A stretch of DNA of 64,000 nucleotides from Eledone cirrhosa (GCA_964016885.1 OZ024741.1:71610001-71674000), one strand, 5' to 3'; counted from the first letter of the stretch, positions 11,950 to 25,924 are shown. Notes: generated by a model from the letters alone, not told the origin. Made by a program: numbers and translations.

Positions 11950-13255
11950 ACAGGTTCTCAACCCATTTAGACCAAACGACCCCTTTTGTCCCTCGAAATT
12001 ACGAAACGCCCCCCCCCCCCCCCCCTTCCACCCTATTTTTCCATTTTTCAATATACTACTGATTTGTTGATATCTGTAGATTACTAAAAAATTGATTAAC
12101 AATATTCCAAAGAAACCATTTGCAGGCAGCTGAGAGTATAAATACATTCCTTGAAAGGAAATATATAAATTTCAAAAAAAGGAACATAAATGTTCTTTTT
12201 TATGAATAAGGACCAGTTGAATTTGTTATATTCCCACCAGGCGATACCAACTATTTTGAACATTTATACAAGAGCAACTCTGTTTATCCAAAGAGTGCTC
12301 TTATCTGGAAGAAAGTGGCAATTATATCATTTCAAAGCTTTCCAATTTTCCCTTTAATGAAACGGACAGAATACATGTTGATATCTAACTTGATGTCCCC
12401 TCTGCTTTGTGAGCTTAGAGACCACAGAAGAGGGTTTTCATGACCACACGGGAGGGTATATTTATTAGTAAATGGTAAAATATATACAACAAATGAGTAA
12501 GTGAATTGTAGTAGATGGTTTCCAGTCCAGTCAGACTGCAACTACAAATAAAAAAAATTGTTAGTTTGCTTTGTAACATTAGCATATCCAAGTTTTCAGA
12601 TAAATCAACTTACTTTAACTTTGACCACATTTCAATGGGACCCTTGAACTTTATGGAGTCTAGCTAACTCTTTGACGTCAGGCTGGATTTTCGTAAGATG
12701 TAGCCGGAGATCTCCATGTGTAATTACATTGTAGCAGTTGCGAGCCTTACTGTGCAGTCTGGAAACAGCACCAAACCTCCTCTTGACTAAGTATGAGCTT
12801 AGAAAAGGCAGAACAAATCTCTTAGCCTCTGCATGTAGGTGTGGAAATCGACGCTGAATTTCCTCTTGCATCCAAAAAAGGGGTTCACCTATTTTGGGAA
12901 ATCTAATTTTGATCATGTCATCTGCTTGAAGTTCAATGAATTCTTCTTGAAATATAACGTCCAAATCATCGACGTTAGCTATGAAGGGATCTGCTACCCA
13001 CATTGGGATGTCCATCGGCAAAAGGTCGACAAACCGTTCTCTCATGTTGTCTTGTAGCGCACGGAGGTGAGTGGTATAAATTTGGAGTTGGTCATCGCTT
13101 ATAATGTTTTGAACATTGGCAACGCTAGGAAAATTATAGAATTCCCGTCAACAAAGATTCCTTTCAATGACATTCAATTTGGCCAGGAATGTTTTCACAG
13201 CATTCCTTGCTTTAAGCAAGGTGATCTTCTTCCCCTGCAAAGCCAAAATGACGAA
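11950..13255 (-). mobile_element. hAT transposon (Buster/Charlie, ZBED5/SCAND3-like) 3' remnant
   Basis: ORF 13045-12632 ends VLPFLSSYLVKRRFGAV...GDLRLHLTKIQPDVKEL...QGSH (hAT dimerisation region). The frame continues upstream through one stop (LQGKKITLL...FLAKL). TIR-like CACAGGTTCTCAACC at 11950. Confidence 0.8.
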
Positions 13256-13487
13256 AAATCTAAGGATCAACCCCTGGCACTCCACTCTCTACTGCTGATA
13301 TACCGGCTGTGTTGCAAGTTGGACATCTTGGCATATTCCATTTTTGTAGTGCAAACATGAAGTTCCAGTTTATAAAATTAACAGAACAGTCTGCTCATGA
13401 AATTAACATGCAAGTGACTGAGCTTTCCAGAATTTTTCATTGTGTGATTATTAACCAACAAGGTCTGTATTATTGTGTATAGACCTA

Positions 13488-13531
<44 letters not shown>

Positions 13532-13819
13532 TTATCTACTTTGCATTTGTACCTTCTCATTCAGCTGATCACCTGATCTACTTGAAGAAGTATGTTAGTT
13601 TATAAATTTTATGATAGTTGGGGGTGTGTGTTTTGGCATAGTAACTTAAGAATCTTCCTGCTTGTGGTTCAGTTTACAGCATCTTGGTTTGTTTTACTGT
13701 CTACAAAAGAAACTGGAATGTTCTTTTTGTTGTTGTTGTTCACTGTATGTTGTCATTTTGTTGTAAATGTCTGCTGAGAGCAGTTGTTGATGATTTAGTT
13801 TGTTTGTTTTTTGAGGTGG

Positions 13820-14340
13820 TGAATTGGCAGGGTTGTTAAACTGTCAAATTGAATGCCTAAATATTTATTCTAGCTTTCTACACTCTTGAGTTCAAATCCT
13901 ACAGAGGTTTGATGAAGTGCCAAAAGATTGGAAAGCATAGTTGATCACAGTGAGCTAGAACAAATACTTACAAATGACTCTGCAAAGGACAAACTGCTTT
14001 GTGTTTCAACTCTGTGTGTTTTTAGTTCAAATCCTGCTGAAGTCAACTATACCTTCCAGCCTTTTAGTATTTTATCAACTTTGAAAGTGTAGAGAGCCTG
14101 GATCAAATACAGAGGCTTTTCACCTGACATTTTAATGACTCTGACCATTCATTGGTTCAGAGAGAAAACAAAAAGAAACCCCAAACAAATGAAAGTTTTT
14201 ACATTATTGAATTTTTTACTTTTGGTGTTGATAAATAAAATACCAATCCAGAGAATGGATTGGTGGAGTTGTTAGAGGTAAGAAGGAGTTTGCTTACGGT
14301 ATCTGTTCTAGCTCATTGTCTTCCGAGTTTACATTCCACC
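13820..14340 (+). mobile_element. Several decayed copies of a tRNA-derived SINE head (GAGTTCAAATCC...GAGGTCAACTTTGCCTTTCATCC)
   Basis: B-box-like GAGTTCAAATCC at about 13889 and 14025. The same motif occurs at about 17452, 17741, 23662, 26364 and 26584. Confidence 0.55.
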
Positions 14341-14839
14341 TTCTATCACTGTTATGGACCAGTCTAACAGTGTCAGACCTCCTGTGTCAGTTGGGTTGAC
14401 ATGACACCTAAAGGAACAGCTTGTTTGCATGAACAAAAGCAAGTTGAACATTGCATAAAGTGGGGTAAAAGTTAGGTGGGGAGAGTGTTGGTGTAGTAAA
14501 GCTGTTCTTAGTGTCATGATTTCTACAGTAATGAAAGTTGACCCTTCTGACACCAAACTGCTTTGAGTTTATGACACAAAGTTGTTTGTTTTAGAGTGTT
14601 CATATTTAAATTTAACTATTTCATTACTATATTTTTAATGAAATTCTTTGTATTTTATTTAATTAATAGAGAATTTGAGAAAGATTTACTAAAATCATAA
14701 TTTCATTATGATTGTATTTGTATAGAAAATTCTGTTGGAAGGTTTTAATTCAAATAACATCCCTTAAAATGGGTGGTTTCATTCATAGAAAAAGAGGTAG
14801 TTTTGACTGGATTGCTTTCAAAGTTTTATGTAGAAACAT

Positions 14840-14985
14840 TTGTTAAATTATGTTCCAAACACCAGATTAATAATGACAAAATTAGTTCTATCACTAAATC
14901 TCTATAAATTCTTGATTGTTTTCGAAATTAGTTGAAAATAATAGTCAGTGTCTGTCATTTGAAATATGATAACACAAAGGGTTAA
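14840..14985 (-). mobile_element. End of an AT-rich MITE terminating AAAGGG-TTAA
   Basis: The reverse complement matches 2244-2430, 4630-4750 and 26915-27035. A similar end occurs at 23406-23478. Confidence 0.5.
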
Positions 14986-15589
14986 GGCTATCCTAATGTT
15001 GATTGAGATTACAAGTAGCACTATTTTACTTGACTTCACACGTTTTTTGGTTTTAATACGAGCTGCTTGCTACTGTAAAATTTTAATTTTTAAATGTAAG
15101 AATCCCATTAAATTATCAACTAAGTAAATTAGAACTGACCATCAGCTAAAACTTACATGTATGTTTGTGTGTGTCAGGTTGCTCTTCAGCATTACTGGCA
15201 ACATGTAACCCAGTACAACCTGTGCATGGTCGGGTCGTCAGCAACTAAACTGGTAACCCCACCTAGCTTGCTTTGTAAGGAGGGTGATATTGTACACCCT
15301 GGGAGATGAAAAATAAAACCTGTCAAAGGCAGAGGAACTCTGGTGCTTTTTGTTGTGTCTCCTACACAACCACTTTACAGTGTGTGCTGGGTGCTTTTAG
15401 TCATGACACCTACACAACCATTTTACTGTGGGCTGGATGCTTTTTCCTGTGATAACAATATGACAACTTTACAGTGTAAGGGTCGTGTGAACAGAAGTAT
15501 GTGGGTTGGTGTTGGGGCATGGGAGGTGTATGGAAGGGAATATAGCGGTTAAGAGGTGCCTACTAGATGTATGTTTCAGTCCGTGCACA

Positions 15590-16020
15590 GGGGAAGGCAG
15601 GTCTTCTGTATTACTGCATAATGCCAAAGATGGTGATCCTTTGTCATTGTCTTTGAGAGGTGCAATTGTGCAAAGTCAGCTTTTATCACCTCATCCCAGG
15701 TCTTCTTGGGTTTTCCTACTTCATAGATTTCTTCAACTTTGATTGCTTTGCACCTTTTTATACAGCTGTTGTCCTTCATACGCATGACATGACCATACCA
15801 ATGCAATCTCCTCTCTAGCATGCTACGTTTGATCCCTGATATGCCGAATTTCTCTTTCAGTTCATTTATGCTTTGCCGATTGTGTATTACATATCCATTA
15901 GAACACGCAGGCTTCATTTCTTTCCTATCTTCACAGGTTCTCAGCTTACAGTGCCAGGTCTCACTACCATGTAGCATTGCTGTTCCTATACATAAAATCT
16001 GCCCTTCATTTTAATGGAAA
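15590..16020 (-). mobile_element. RTE-clade LINE 3' fragment
   Basis: MLHGSETW, ERRLHWYGHVMRM and KPKKTWDEV motifs. Confidence 0.88.
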
Positions 16021-19000
16021 AACTTATATTTTATAAAATTGATCTGTCAATCTGGTCAAACAGAAAATACTCGAGTGTGCACTAATGGAGGTGTTTTAAA
16101 GCAAATAGTGGAACATATGCATGGTTGCAACAGCTGCTGTGTTTTTTTAAATGTTGAACTTTATATATTCTGCATCATTCTCAAACATTCTTTCTATGTT
16201 GAAAAATTAAATAATAATTTGTTTTAATCCCAGGTCAGACACATGGTCTAGTGGTGATGGTGTTGGTCTCATGATCATATGGTCATGAGTTAAATTCTTT
16301 AACTGGGTTGCACATTGTTTTATTGAGTTTTGTTTCATGCTTTTCATGATATGACTGGGGTCGCTATCATTAAAAAACCCAAGAAACCTACCATGAGATA
16401 CAGCTTCATCAGAAGCCAGTTGAATTTGCATAGGTGTGAGCTATAACAGCTTTTATGGGCAAAACCAACCAGCTGGAGACCCAGAGATATACTCTGAGCA
16501 AGATAGTTGGATAACATCCATAAACTCAGCTAGTTTCATTTGGGGATCCAGCTGGATCAATTGGAGATACTTGATTCTGGCAGGACCTGCTGGAAGGCGT
16601 GCTTGAGGACTCTGCCTTCATGGCCCTCACAGAAATGTGGGCAAAGAAGGAGAATGAAGAGATTTTAATTTAAATAAAAACTCTTTAAAGTGGATGGTTT
16701 TGTTTCATAGAACCAGAGCCAGGTTTGGCTGGATAAATTTGGTTTGTGTAGGAGGTGGGATCTCTTAAATCTTCAGCAAAATCTGATTAGTGTTAGCAAG
16801 TAGCCTAACATGTAAAACTATATCAATTACCATGGTATCTGATAGAATGAAGCGTTAACTGAAATAAATTAGGATCAGGTTTATTGACTTGGAACACACT
16901 ATATGTCTATATCTCTGTCTCTGTGTTGGTTTATATATGTGGGCTGGCAGTTCAAAGTAATGTCTTTGTGCAATTGATTATTAATAACTTAACAAAGGTT
17001 ATATCACAAATGTTAACTCTCTTTTTCCTCTCTCTTCCACCATCACCAGCACCTCACCACCAGTACCATGACCTGTTTCTCTAATGTTCTGACTAGATAT
17101 TGCAACATTTAACCAGTGTTCAAGCTATGACCACCATTGTCTTTTACAGTGTCATATATTTGAAACCCCACCTCCCTAAATTTACAGTTTACACCTATAC
17201 ATGTTTAGCTGGTTTCCTATGAGGTTGCCTCTCATAAGAGGTTTCTTGGGTGTTTTAATGATAGGGTCTCAGTCTTATTATGAAGAGCAATGTGAAATGA
17301 AGTCTTTTTCTATGACTAATCTTATGTATATTCATAAATTTGTAAGATGGTAAGCTGCTAATTCTAGCAGGTCAAGCACTCTACATCTTCAAATTTGTGA
17401 GGATATTATATGAATTGTGGAATTACACTAATTTATGATTATCTAAGTTCTGAGTTCAAATTTCACCAGGGTTGACTTTTCCTTTTGGCTTGGCTAGTTT
17501 GATGAAAGTGGTACCAACAATGTATGGGAGTAAATTGAAGGAACCATAACACCCTTTCACTGTCTTTTGTTTGTCAGTGACTACATTGTCCACTGTATCC
17601 TTCTTAAAGAATTTAAGGCGTTATTTGAATTATTTTTTGGCTGCTATTTCTAGCATAGTTGTGGCAATGTGAAAAATCAGTAATAATATATCTCTGAAAG
17701 AACAGTGAGTTACTGAACTAAATAAATACCTTATGTTTCAAGTTCAAATCTTACTAAGGTCAGCTTTTTTTTTTACTTAGAATAAAAGACTGTTTCATTC
17801 TTATTTAGTATAAAAGAAACCCACTCTATTAAAGCTCCATTAGCCTTAGTAGCATGTTTAAAAGTGAATCAGAGAAGGTCATGCTTTGTGAATTGATGTA
17901 CATTACATTGTGAGGTTACTAGAGAGTTGTGAGTGTTAGGAGATGGGTGGGTGTGAGATGAAACACTCTGCCTGAATGGACTTAAGCTACAACAATCACT
18001 GAACCATATAAGTCAAATATTCTTGCGGCCTCAATCTTGCTTTTTCCATCCTCTCACTGCAATTTAAACATTATCTGCAATACTTGCATTTGCTTTCATT
18101 ATTCATCCCCTTATGTGAATGTCACTTTATTGACTTCATATCAAATTTCATAAGTCAGTGAAGAAGCTTCTATGTGGTTAGCCATTAGAAATAGTAGCCA
18201 AATCTCCTTCAAATCATGCCTCACTTACTTATAAGAGTGCAGAGGAGATGGGGGTAGATAAGATAATGTGGTCCATGATACACTATCTGAAAGAAAAAAG
18301 ACAGGATGGTTATGGCTGGAAGACCTTTGATCATAATTTTAGTTCTCTTTCTCTACATGTGTGTGTGTATTTATACTAGAACATGTAGGTGGTTACTATA
18401 TATATACAGTATTATATTGATGCCACATATTTATATACTATATATACTTATGCACATTACTTGTGTGTATGTGTTGACTGTGTATGAACGTGCTTTTGCA
18501 TTGAGTCATGGTGTCAGGTTAAAATGCTTTGTAGGATTTATTCCAAAGCCCTCTTGCCTTCCATATTGGCCTTCATCCTTCAGAGTCTGGCAGTTAATGG
18601 AGAGATAGTTGAAACAGTGTACATGATGCCTTGCAATATCTCTTACGGCCATCAGCTCACTGCTTCCTTGGACTTTACCCATGTCATGGGAAGTGGAGAC
18701 TTGCATGGATATACCATTGTTGGTCTTCTTCTGTACAATCCGAAGAGTGCCTCTACATATATGTGTGTGCACATATATAGTGTTGAACAATACTACATGT
18801 GTACATGTGAAAATGCACACATGTATATCCACAATTACTATGGACAAAGACACAGACATACACCTTTCTCACTTCCATCAATGCTTATCTCCTCTTTGAT
18901 AACCCTAATAATCTAAGCTCATTCTGAATTTTCATATTTTAAGATGGCTGTGTGTATGTGTATGTACACATATGAGCGGAGAAAAATTAAATAAATCCAT

Positions 19001-20274
19001 TAAATAGAACAGGATATTTTCATTTTATTTATTCGAGATAGATATATTGTGATTGAAACCCACTATTGTATACAGGTCAACATTATCCATATGTAGTATT
19101 ATTGAGATTGGGAAGAACACAGGTCAGGGCCCACTCCATTTTAGCTGGCCTGCAAACTTGCTGGCTTTGAATTTAAGCTGAAACAGAGTGCACCCTCTGG
19201 TGAGAATTTACCAATTGCTATAAATCATCATCATCATCATCATCATCATTTAACATCTGTTTTCCCTGCTAGCAAGAGTTGGACTAGTTGCTACATCCTA
19301 AGTCAGTGCTCAAACAGAGCTACTGACCTCTCAGATGAGCTGAAGGTCTCCATTTCTCTTACATTCCTGCACTCTACTAAGTGCTCAGCGGGTGCTGGGG
19401 GCCTGCAACTCGTTTTCTAAACATTCCAACAATCTACTGAGTGCATTTTATTGTGGGATTAGTACTAAAGAGGTTGTCATGTCTTTTGCACAGCCCAAGA
19501 GTTCTCTTGATCTTTTGTTTGGCAAGTTTTCTACAGCCCTTCCTGTCACCCAGCACTTTGAAGAATATACTAGGTGCATTTATTGGGTAAATAACCATTA
19601 CTAGGGAGATTGTCGTCTTTGACATGACTGAAAAGTCATCCCAACCCTTTGTTTGGCAAGTTTTTTACAGCTAGATACCTTTTCCCATCACCAACCACTA
19701 GGTGCGTTTATTATGTAGATCACCAACACTAGTGAAATTGATGTGCCCTTGATACAAATCGAGAGTCATCTACACCTGTTTTAGTTTCAAGCATAGTGAA
19801 GTATCTATTTGTGTATATGACTAAATGGACACCCCAACTGCCCTTCCCATGAACTGTTATGTGACTGAGGTCAGCTTGCTCCTCCTAGTTTAACTCTGTA
19901 AGTCTACCTCTATCAATACAACTTCTACTACTACCACCATGATCACCTCTGCTTCATTGAAAACAATCCAGTTATCACCACCACCACCACTAAAGCCACT
20001 ATTACTATAATCACTCACTGGCACTCCATCACCATCATCCCATCTGTCACTGGCTCTCCATCACCATCACCACCATCTCCATCCCCACCTCGAGAAATGG
20101 TGCTCTTAGTGTATGATAAAATGTTTATGTGTGTTTATTTCATAGCTAAATTACTTTTAAAAAACAAAACTGTTTTGTTCTTCTATATATTTCTGTCCAT
20201 TTAATTTCAAACTGACACTGAAAGTGTTTCTTACAAAATTCTTGGCAGCTCACTAGTCTAAAACTAGTCCCTTC

Positions 20275-20470
20275 TCTTTTCTCTCTGTTACTCTCTCTCC
20301 CTCTCTTCTCTCTGTTTTTTCTCCCTCTCTTCTCTCTGTTTTTTCTCCCTCTCTTCTCTCTGTTTTTTCTCTCTCTCTTCTCTCTGTTTTTTCTCTCTCT
20401 CTTCTCTCTGTTTTTTCTCTCTCTCTTCTCTCTGTTTCTCTCTCTTCTCTGTTTCTTTCTCTCTCTCTCC
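20275..20470. repeat. Pyrimidine-rich ~24-bp minisatellite (CTCTCTTCTCTCTGTTTTTTCTCT)
   Basis: About 7-8 copies. It explains the REKRERKN ORFs. Confidence 0.9.
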
Positions 20471-20802
20471 ATAATACACAAGTCTGTTGCTCAATATAAA
20501 AGATTAGTAAAACATCATCCCAACTTTAAACCACGCCACACCACATGCCCTCTTTTTATTGATTATCAATAAATTATTTGTTCTTTTTCGTGTTATTTGT
20601 TTTTGCTTAATATTTTACTATAATTTCTTAGTGATCGATAAGAAAAAGAAAGGTGAGATTGGGTTGGGCTGATGGGTGGAAGGGTAAGGGTAGAGAGGAC
20701 TTATAGGGCATTGGCAGTTGAATTAATCAGCTGAGGCATAGGAAATGGTTGATATAATTGTTATAGATGGGAAAATCTACATGAAAAATTATCAATGTGA
20801 AA

Positions 20803-20870
20803 GTATGTGGCCTATTGGTTAGGCTGTTGGATTTACAATCATAAGGTTGTGGGTTCAATTCCTGGACCAG
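20803..20870 (+). mobile_element. tRNA-derived SINE head (Pol III A and B boxes)
   Basis: A-box TGGCCTATTGG and B-box GGTTCAATTCC at tRNA-like spacing. No clean acceptor stem. Confidence 0.6.
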
Positions 20871-20887
20871 TTTATGAGCAAGATGTT

Positions 20888-21105
20888 TAATTTCACATTT
20901 CTTTTCATGATAGGCCCTATCATTAAAACATTTGAGAAACTTATGAGATACAACTTCACAGAAGGCCAGATAAACCTGCAAAAGTATGAATTGTGAGTTT
21001 TCATTTTCTCATTTCATGATAGAACTGGGGCCCTATCATTTAAACACCCAAGAAACTTCCTATGAGATACAACTTTGCAGGAGTCCAGCTAAACCTGCAT
21101 ATGAA
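20888..21105 (+). repeat. Two tandem copies of a ~100-bp dispersed repeat segment
   Basis: CCCTATCATT.AAACA...AAGAAACT...ATGAGATACAACTT...CCAG.TAAACCTGCA occurs twice. Further copies at 16340-16432 (+) and 17200-17300 (-). Confidence 0.65.
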
Positions 21106-21629
21106 TTTCATTTTTTTTTTCAAATTATCACTCATAGGATGGTTGTTGTTGCTTTATAGTAACAAAACTACTGTAATATTCTAAGTCTACCTGTTATGAC
21201 ACACAGGTCAGTGAATGTATATAATTTGCTTTTTAACATCACGCATCACCTGGCTGCCTCTTGGGTCAGGTCAGCCAGTTACCTGAAAAGTATTTTGTTG
21301 CTTGACCTGTTGTACAAGCTTCTTTTGAAAGGTCAGCAACTAATTAACACTTTTACTTCATAGCCAACCCTACTTTACATCTTAACTGATTATTGATCCC
21401 ATAATTCCTAATGGGGTTGTAGGGGCAATGTCCTGACATACTGCATGTCTTGGGCATTTAAAACCTGCTTGTGCCCATCCTTCTCCAGGTTTTGATTACA
21501 GTTGATTACTTAGAGAGAGAGTCCACCTTCACTTTGTATTATACCATACCACTGTCATTGACACATAACTTACCATTTTTACCTTTTATCAACTCTACTG
21601 CCATACATTACAATAAGACTTCTGTATGT

Positions 21630-21850
21630 GAACTACACAACACACCACCTCTAACTACACAACACACCACCTCTAACTACACATCACACCAGTTCTAACT
21701 GCACATCACACCACTGCTAACTGCACATCACACCACTGCTAACTGCACATCACACCACTGCTAACTGCACATCACACCACTGCTAACTGCACATCACACC
21801 ACTGCTAACTGCACATCACACCACTGCTAACTACACAACACACCAACCCT
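21630..21850. repeat. 22-bp minisatellite (CTAACTGCACATCACACCACTG), about 10 copies, decaying into CA-rich sequence
   Basis: CTAACT at 21673, 21695, 21717 and onward, period 22. Confidence 0.9.
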
Positions 21851-22559
21851 ATCTATGCAACACACCACACTAGCCCTAACTACATAACTTACCACACCAG
21901 TCCTAACACAACACACCACACCAACCACACTATCTCTAATGACACAACACATTACCCATAATGAGCCGACACACCATCCCTAACACACCAGACACACCAC
22001 CCCTGATGATACAACACAAACAATCTTATCAGTAATTAATCAGTTAAATTTGATTAAAACGACTAGCTTTATTGATAAGAGTGATGGGTAATAAATTACT
22101 TTAGTTATATACAAGTCAAACAAACTTGAATATATTTGCTGTGATCTAATTCTTTTGGCTAAGGGATGGGCTCTGTCTGGTTTGGTTTAAATGCCCAAGA
22201 CAGCACCCTACTATTCTATCACGTGTTCATGGCCCATGGATGGATATAATCATCTTCCATCTGTTTTTCCATGGATATTATCATCACCATTTTATGTCTG
22301 TTTTTCCATGCTTGCATTGTTTGGATGTCAGGTAGTTGGCGACAGGAAGGGCACCTTGCTGTATAAACCATGCCTATAAGAAAAATGGGATAGGTGGGGG
22401 TGGGGGAAGTTAAATGAGGACCGTTAGTCATGTCATGGTGCAACAGTCTCTTTAGTGTTGCTGTTCTACACGATAAATACACCTAGGTTGGTGATAAGAA
22501 GTGCATCCAGCCATAGAAAGCTTGCCAAACAAATGTCACATTGTATGATTGTGGCTGGG

Positions 22560-23405
22560 TCTTTATCATCACAGCATGGCACCAGTCCTTTGTCATATCA
22601 GTTATGAGGCTTAGTTTCTTAAGGTTGTTCTTCGCTACCTCATCCAGAGTCTTCCTGAGTCCCAGCCACTGGGATTTTTCTGCATTTCTTTATGCAGCTG
22701 CTATTTTCTATCACATGTCCATACCAACAAAGTTTTCTATCTTGCACACTATATCCGGTTCCTCTTATTTCTTTCATTTCACATATGTTTTATCGTTCAT
22801 GCACACTAACATTTCACATTCATTGAAGTATCCTCGCTTCATTTCTCTTTAGCATTTGCAGATCTTCTGTGGTCAAGGCTCATGTTTCACTGACCTGTAG
22901 CATAGCAGTTTGTATGCAGGCATTATACAGTCTACCATTCACTCTGAGAGAGAAGTCCTTTGTTGTTAGCAGAAATATCAGCTTTCTACATTTTTTCCAG
23001 TCTGTTCTGATCCCTCACTGCTAATTCGATTGCCTAGGTAACAAAAGCTGTCAACAACTTCTAAGGAATCTCCTGGCAAATGAAGGAATTTATTTCACAT
23101 GTGACCTCCTGTGCATCTGCCACTTACAAAGTCTATCTTTTCCATTAACCTACCTGCAATCGCACTACATTTCTTGTGCATCCATAGATTATCTTATAGA
23201 ATTTCCACCCACTCCTTTCTGACATATTGAATAGGGCTACTTTCCTGATGTTATCAGTCTCCCATTCTCTATCCTACTTTCGTGTTTAAATTTACTTTTA
23301 GGCCTATCAACATTGGGTTTTTCATCCATGCTTGGAATTTTGCCTCTAACTCTCCAACGGATTCAGTTATAAAGACTAGGTCATCAACATATAGGAGTTC
23401 CCAGG
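22560..23405 (-). mobile_element. Old RTE-clade LINE fragment (RT end to 3' end)
   Basis: Minus strand reads WELLYVDDLV at 23375-23404, followed by colinear finger, VVDSFCYLG and C-terminal homology. Confidence 0.8.
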
Positions 23406-23860
23406 TTTGATTATTTTCAAAATTAATTGAAATGCATTGGGAATGTATTTCATTAGAAATGTGGTGTCAAAAGGGTTAAATCTTAAGCCACTTTGTCTTT
23501 GGGCATGTAGGTTTGTTTTCTTCTCTGTTGTTGGTATCCAATTAGTGTCATTCAGAGAACATGCCCATAAGACTGTTCTAATCTATGTTCAACCCTACAC
23601 AGTTACAATTAGTTTTCACTCAGAGTTGCTTACTAGTATCTGTTCTGGCATTTTAGCTTTTGAGTTCAAATCCCACCAAGGTCAACTTTGCCTTTCATCC
23701 CTCCAAATCACTGGCCTTGTGCCAAAATTAGAAATCACTGTGGAGCACTAACATACTACAGAACTCCATAAAGTTGGGATCCCGGAAAGCTTTTGAGAGG
23801 AGCTGGAGTATCAATATTGAAGACGGTAGCTGGGTTGATCAAATAAAATTACTTTTACCC

Positions 23861-23893
<33 letters not shown>

Positions 23894-24059
23894 GCTCATA
23901 CATACTTACATTGTATGTCATCAATCCCTATTTGTTGAACTGCTAAGTTACAGGATATAAAAAAATACCACCAGTTAAGTGGTGGGGATGTAAATGTAGG
24001 GGACAGATACTCATCATTATTTTGCATTTGCTTTTCCATGTGGGCATATAATACATACA

Positions 24060-24067
24060 AACACACA

Positions 24068-24146
<79 letters not shown>
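24060..24146. repeat. (CA)(GT)n(TA)n microsatellite
   Basis: Direct reading. Confidence 0.95.
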
Positions 24147-24148
<2 letters not shown>

Positions 24149-24526
24149 CGATTGTAAGAAACAGTTACAGTCCAGCAGAAGTCATTTCTATATGAAATAA
24201 ATATGTACCTTCTCTATTTATGTATTGAGTACCTTATTTAACTGTAGTTCCCTTCCATTCCTCTTCAGAAAACCCTTCTTAAATATATATATATATATAT
24301 ATATATTGTTATACTTGGGGAGGGTCATATTGTTGTAATAATATTGCCAGAAATAATAACAGAACACACTGTTTGGTTGGTTTTCGCTTCTGTATCTTTT
24401 ATATTTCCACAGTTAATTCATTTGGTCCTCAATGTTTATCATTGACTGACCAATGGTCAAAAATACAGATATAAATACATATATATAGTCTAACAAAGTT
24501 CTTTCATTGCACATCTGCAACATCAT

Positions 24527-24861
24527 CAGTGGTACTATTAGCGAGGGTTGCGTTCCTAGAGCACCCTTGAAAAGCGAAAAACCGCAAATATTGGGCACGG
24601 TCCATAAAAATGCCAATAAACATTAAAACTTAATATAAAATATTGGCTGGCAAATACAGTATATCGTTATTAATAATTTAGCATTAAAAGCATGAAAAAA
24701 TATATATTGTCACGAAAAAAGCCATAAAAATCGCAAAAGATAATTACAATTCTGTGAATATGTGGTGGTTTCCACAAACAATTACTAGTTTGGTTCTGAG
24801 GAAAATTACGCGAATAACCGGGACCGTGAATGCATGGACCACGAATGCTGTCAGTACACTG
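24527..24861. mobile_element. Possible Tigger/pogo-like non-autonomous DNA transposon
   Basis: CAGTGGTACT... and ...AGTACACTG|TA termini, repeated CGCGAA/GCGAAA subterminal motifs and local CpG enrichment. TIRs are short and degenerate. Confidence 0.4.
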
Positions 24862-25724
24862 TATATATATATATATATATAGGTATATATATCCTCTCCC
24901 ATCCACTAGCATTTCCTAATAGTTATTCTCAACATCACTACTTCAACCCCCACCACACACATTCCTTGCAGTTGCTGCCCCTTGCCCTCCGTGAAATGGT
25001 TGGTGATAGAAAGAGCTTTCAGCCATGGAGAGCTTGCCAAACAAACAAAGGGTTGGGAGGACAATTTGGTTGTGTCAAGGACATAACAGCCTCCCTAGTG
25101 TTGGTGATTTACTGGATAGGTGCACCTAGTACACAATGTAAAGTGGTTGGTGATAGGAAGAGCATGCAGGTGTATAAAAAGGTGCAGGGCATTCAAAGTT
25201 GATGAAAGCTACGAAGTAGGAAGACCGAGGAAGACTTGGGATGAGGTGATATGAGCTGAACTTGCACAATTGCACCTCTTGAAGGTGATGATGATGATAC
25301 ACACACAGAGGACTTTCTTATAGTCTATCAAATTCATACAGAGGGACCAAACCTGGAAGCTCATGGCTGCTAAGTGAACATAATTACTTGGCCATGCCCG
25401 CTTCTCTCTCTCTCACACACACATACATATTTGCATACACACACACATACATAATTGGAAATAACGTTATTTATTACCCAAAAAGGAATTTATATATTCT
25501 TATAAAAATATTGTTTTCGTTTTATGTTTTTTCTTTTTTTTTCCACATTAAAATGTCATTGAATTGGAATTTGGAGGTGATTGTTTTGAAGTAAGAAATG
25601 TTCTGCTTTAGTATGGTGTCAGTGGCTCTGGAAACCTTTGTCTATGTACAACCAGGAACAGTTATCTTTTCAGTGAATATAAATAAATGTTAAACTACAA
25701 GCAAAATGTTACAGCAACTACTTT

Positions 25725-25741
25725 ATACACACACACTACAC

Positions 25742-25786
<45 letters not shown>

Positions 25787-25836
25787 TACATACATATATA
25801 TATATGCATACATTCATGTATATATATATATATATG

Positions 25837-25907
<71 letters not shown>

Positions 25908-25924
25908 ATATATATGTATATATA
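25725..25924. repeat. (TA)n/(CATA)n microsatellite
   Basis: Direct reading. It explains the YIYI ORFs. Confidence 0.95.

Noticed and set aside
12632-13045. Domesticated ZBED5/SCAND3-type host gene
   Set aside because: Upstream in-frame stop, truncation, a degenerate catalytic motif (LVKRRF for LCE.GF) and a nearby TIR indicate a dead transposon.
15230-15340. Possible HDV-like ribozyme in an RTE-type 5' UTR (hairpin AGGGTG...CACCCT)
   Set aside because: I could not build the nested double pseudoknot by eye. One short hairpin is insufficient.
18506-18916. 130-aa and 117-aa ORFs in a GC-richer island
   Set aside because: No recognisable motif, and the ORFs run into microsatellite. It may be an old TE fragment but I cannot assign it.
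20803-20870. Functional tRNA gene
   Set aside because: A and B boxes are present but the stems do not pair into a cloverleaf. It is consistent with a SINE head.
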